From: Paramoeba atlantica
Taxonomy: Eukaryota > Protista > Discosea
Length of the DNA stretch: 64,000 nucleotides
Reading direction: 5' to 3'
Assembly (NCBI GenBank): GCA_977017575.1
Contig: CDRNVI010000193.1
Span: 1 to 64,000 of the forward strand
Part shown: one piece after another, positions 60,507 to 64,000 of the stretch
How the letters are laid out: the number at the start of each line of letters is the position of its first letter
Numbering within the stretch: the stretch's first letter is position 1
Made by a program: the position numbers and the translations under genes
The notes under the pieces: model-generated
Told to the model about the DNA's origin: nothing
The model's database searches: none
The model's input: only the letters and a program-made list of their open reading frames with translations

Positions 60507-63068
60507 GAAGAGAACTGATTGTAGTTTGTGATTGTCAAGCTCTGTGCTCGGTCTTTTCAAGAACTGGAACAAAAATCCCTGAACATGCAATGTTGCATGA
60601 TTGGGTTGCCTGAACATTAGAATATAATCCTCTTGTCATACATAAACCTGGAAAACTGATGGCTATTCCAGATGTGTTGAGTAGGCACTTTGTTGGATAC
60701 AAAGACAACAAAGATGAAAAGAAAGATTATATGACAAATTGTTTTGAAAAAAATAATTGACCTCATGCTAGATGAAATGTCAAAAAGCAGAGCAATGTTG
60801 AGACAAAAAGATATCCTTGAAAAAATAGAGGCAATTGATTCTTCACCAAACCAAACATTTGATCTTCTTGAGGTCAGAATGCTTTGGCAAAAAGGTAAAG
60901 AACTTTTTCAAGGGGAGGACACCATAGAGGTTAATGGAGACACCATAGATTGTCTTCTTGTTCCACTTCCTTTCTTGGCTCAAGCCCAAAGATATGACAA
61001 GTTTTGCTCAAAAATCATCAACTACCTTTATGGGATACTTCCAAAACACCAGTCAGAACTTAGAATGCTGCAAAGACAAGCATTCAAATACTGGATCAAT
61101 GCAAATGGTATTTTAAGAAAGATTGATGAATCAGCTCCAGCCAAGACCAGACCTCCTGCTGTATTACCTTGAGCACTTTGGGATGATGTCCTAAAGGCCT
61201 ATCATGACTCTCTTGTCTCTGGACATCAGAAGTATGAATATCTCTATCAAGCAATTGCTGCTTCTTATTATTTTCCAGATATGTCCTTTTATATTAAAGG
61301 CTATTGTCATCAATGCTTGAATTGTGCAATCAATTCAAAAGGAAAGACCTTGACATTCAAATTGAACCCATATATAGCTTCATACCCTGGAGTCACTGTC
61401 CACCTTGATTGTACAAAAGGCCCAAAGACTTCAGCCAGGGGAAATACTCATTTATTGGCAATTGTGAATAACTTTTCTGGATATCTGAGGTTATATCCAA
61501 TCCCTCAGCCCACTGCAAAGGATGCCACTGGAGCTTTATTGCAGTACATTTGTGTAAATTCAATGCCATTGAAGATTGTTACTGACAATGGACCTAAATT
61601 TGCAAATGAACTCTTTACTAAATTATCTAATTTGATAGGATTGAAACAAACCACAATTTCTCCTTATAACTCTAAGAGCAATGGTTGAGTAAAATGGACA
61701 CACAAAGTCACCAAGTCAATCCTACAAGTCTATGTGGACAAATTTAGAGATGATTGGGATTTATTAGTGCCTTTAGTTGAGTTTGCCTTCAATACCTTTC
61801 AATCTTCATCAACCACATATATGCCCTTTCAAGTACATTTTGGACAACCACCAATTATGCCTCTTGATATGATGTATGGGTTAGTCTATCAGCCATATGT
61901 GACCAGAGATGAATATGTAAGCAAACTCCAAACTGACCAAGATAAAGTCATTGAGTGGGTTCAAGCTGAACAATTGCAAGTTGCTGAAAGTCAATCTGAA
62001 CTCTATAATCGAACTCATAAGTCAAGGATCACACAACTTGAAATTGGTGACTATGTATTGTTAAGAAAATTCAGAACAACTACAGATGAAGCTGATCTTG
62101 GAAAGAAATATTGAACCTTATTCCATCAAAAAGTGTATATGGTTGTGGGAGATTATGAGAATGGAAGTTATACATTACAAAATCTATCCTGAAAAGATCC
62201 TCCATTCAAAGCAAACATCTCAATTATCAACTGTTCCAACTGGTCAACCTGCTAATGAGTCTACTCCTTCTTCCCCTCCTTCATCTTCAGAAATATCTGA
62301 GGAGCTGAGGTTCTCATCGTGTGGGAGGATGCAACAGAGAAATCAACGACTCCTTGATAAAGACATTTATGCCTTTTTGATTTACTAAATAAAGGAGAAT
62401 GAGAGCTGACGTGGAATTGCCAAATTCTGAAACAGTCCAATGTTCACTTTTCAAATTCTCAAATTGCACAACAACATTTTGATTGCTTTTATTATTCACT
62501 GTAAAATCTATCATTTTACAATTGCTTGTGTGCAGTTCCTCAACAGCTACAATCATTCTCCATAACTTCCTTCAAGAGTGTTTTAGTGAATGGAACAGAA
62601 GCATTGAAGGTGGGTTCTTCCCCTGATTGACTGAATTTGAAGAAGAATAAATTAATTTATATTCTTTTTTGTCAAATCAATGGAATTTCTGATCTTTGAT
62701 TTGAAGTTCAACCACATGCATTCACAATTTTGTTTACTCTACCAGTTCCTTACTCTAATGAGATTAAGAATATTGATAGTTTATGATATGAAAATCTGGA
62801 AAATCTTCTTGAATCAGGTGAGAAATATTGGATTTATCCATTACCTTCTTTTGTTCAACTGATTCAACTAATTTTCTTAACTTTGCTGCTCCTATAATGG
62901 AGAGGTCCTCTGGAGTGGGGCTTCACTTTTAAGTTTCAAAAATAAACTTTTCTTTGTTTTTTTATTTTTGAAAGATTTTTTTGGAAAAGCTGAACTATTG
63001 TACATCTCTATTTAAAAAGTAAAAAAAAAAATTAAAAATAGTGAAATTTTTAAATCAAAAAAAAAATT

Positions 63069-63223
63069 AAAGAGCTTGTGGGGCTTAGAAATCTTATAAG
63101 TTTCCTACTAAGATATTCAATAAGATTCTCAATCTGATTTTTCATTTTATTAAACTCTAATAAGAATCTTATTGAAATCTTATTAAGTAATTTTAAAAGA
63201 TTTTTAAGCCTCACAAGCTCTTT
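63069..63223. repeat. 155-bp foldback / candidate MITE with nested inverted repeats
   Basis: Outer arms at 63069-63095 and 63197-63223 (25/27 complementary). Inner arms at 63116-63129 and 63163-63176 (14/14). Confidence 0.7.
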
Positions 63224-63369
63224 TTTTGAAAAGTTTTTTATGATAAGCTTGTTCAAAAGAAAATTTAAAAACAAAGTAATAACAACTGATAAAGTTTATT
63301 TTCTCATTCAGTTTACTCTTGTCTTTCCTTAAATGATATTGTAAAATAGTTTTCTAATATGATATTGAA

Positions 63370-63560
63370 CTGAGATGCTAAAATCATTTGTTGAAGGTGA
63401 GAGATAGAAAAGAAGGGAAGAGCTGGAACAAGCAAATCAATGGTTGAGAAGTGCAATGAAACCTCCTATCCAAAGGAAGATTATCAGACCTATAAGTGAA
63501 GTGAGAAAAAAAAAATAATGAAAGAAATTAAAAAGAGAAATATAAAGAAACAATAAAGCT
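63370..63560 (+). pseudogene. Relic of a LINE ORF2 C-terminus related to family A
   Basis: EELEQANQWLRSAMKPPIQRKIIRPISEVRKKKIMKEIKKRNIKKQ* aligns with LINE-A EEYEQARNCWLKSAMRPSIVRKIIRPIKAVEKKKILKEIQMRNRKKH*. Confidence 0.8.
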
Positions 63561-64000
63561 TTGAGGTTCCACAAAAAGAAAAATAAATGAAATGTAAGTC
63601 TATGAGAGATCAAGTGAAAACCAGGTTTTCTTTGATAAAAGCAACAAGCTCTGAGTGATACTAGAAGTGGAGTGAGGTGGGATGAACAGAGAACTGCAAC
63701 ATCACAAAATCACCAAATATTTTTGGAATGGAGGAGGGTTGTGGTTGCTCATGAACACTGGTGGCACCAGTGAAGAATCCTTTGGGGAGGAAAAAGGGTC
63801 TTTGAAGAGCCAAAGCTGGTTGAGCTCACACATGAATCAAAATCAAAAATCCTAAGATGTTTATGCAATGTAGAACCCAAACCTTTGATTTTTTGAAAGT
63901 TTATTTGATCAATACCCCTCATGTAAGCTGCTTGTTTTCTCAAAGTGTGGGTGAGGATCACATTTGAAAATCTAATTGTTTGCATCCACCATATTCCTCC

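Larger units (their letters stand above)
55944..62520 (+). mobile_element. Gypsy-3: Ty3/Gypsy LTR retrotransposon containing a SINE-C and a LINE-B fragment
   Basis: 191-bp LTRs at 55944-56134 and 62330-62520, TSD ATTG. PBS TGGAGGCTTCAATGGGA at about 56137 (tRNA-Thr-like, inferred). Domains: gag knuckles, protease relic (CLNTG), RT (SPWASPILL), RNase H (HVDAS) and integrase (VHLDC, IVTDNG). Confidence 0.94.

Noticed and set aside
55857-62640. Rejoined flanks of Gypsy-3 translate to ...CSSSTATIILHNFLQ..., faintly like a PIF/Harbinger transposase C-terminus
   Set aside because: This is only a short motif with nearby stops and no DDE region visible.
63749-63985. 78-aa minus-strand ORF at the window end
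   Set aside because: No motif was recognised and the context is cut off by the window boundary.
1-64000. CRISPR arrays, prokaryotic defence systems, rRNA genes, and host species assignment
   Set aside because: No repeat-spacer array, operon structure or rRNA-like sequence was seen. The content is eukaryotic retroelement DNA, and the host cannot be identified from it.

Overview
Eukaryotic, AT-rich, transposon-dense DNA with no recognisable host gene. Nearly the whole window is nested retroelements. There are at least four related L1/Tx1-like non-LTR families (my labels A, B, E, F) with APE, RT, zinc finger and RNase H modules, three Ty3/Gypsy LTR elements, two Ty1/Copia LTR elements, two tRNA-headed SINE families (C, D), one TIR-bounded non-autonomous DNA transposon and a small foldback. 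Most junctions resolve by target-site duplications (TSDs). One LINE-A copy (46032-53024) is full length with a single CGA>TGA stop in each ORF. The most unusual signals are five. (1) LINE-A carries a variable-length poly(A) tract at its 5' end, inside the TSD. (2) Both Copia families have a primer-binding site (PBS) complementary to the anticodon arm of tRNA-Lys(CUU), implying half-tRNA priming. (3) All LTR pairs differ only by C>T/G>A transitions. (4) The two SINE families share a central core but have different heads and tails. (5) A covarying stem-loop is conserved at the 3' end of three LINE families. About 4.5 kb (36058-40572) remains unexplained. All counts and alignments were done by eye and no database searches were run.
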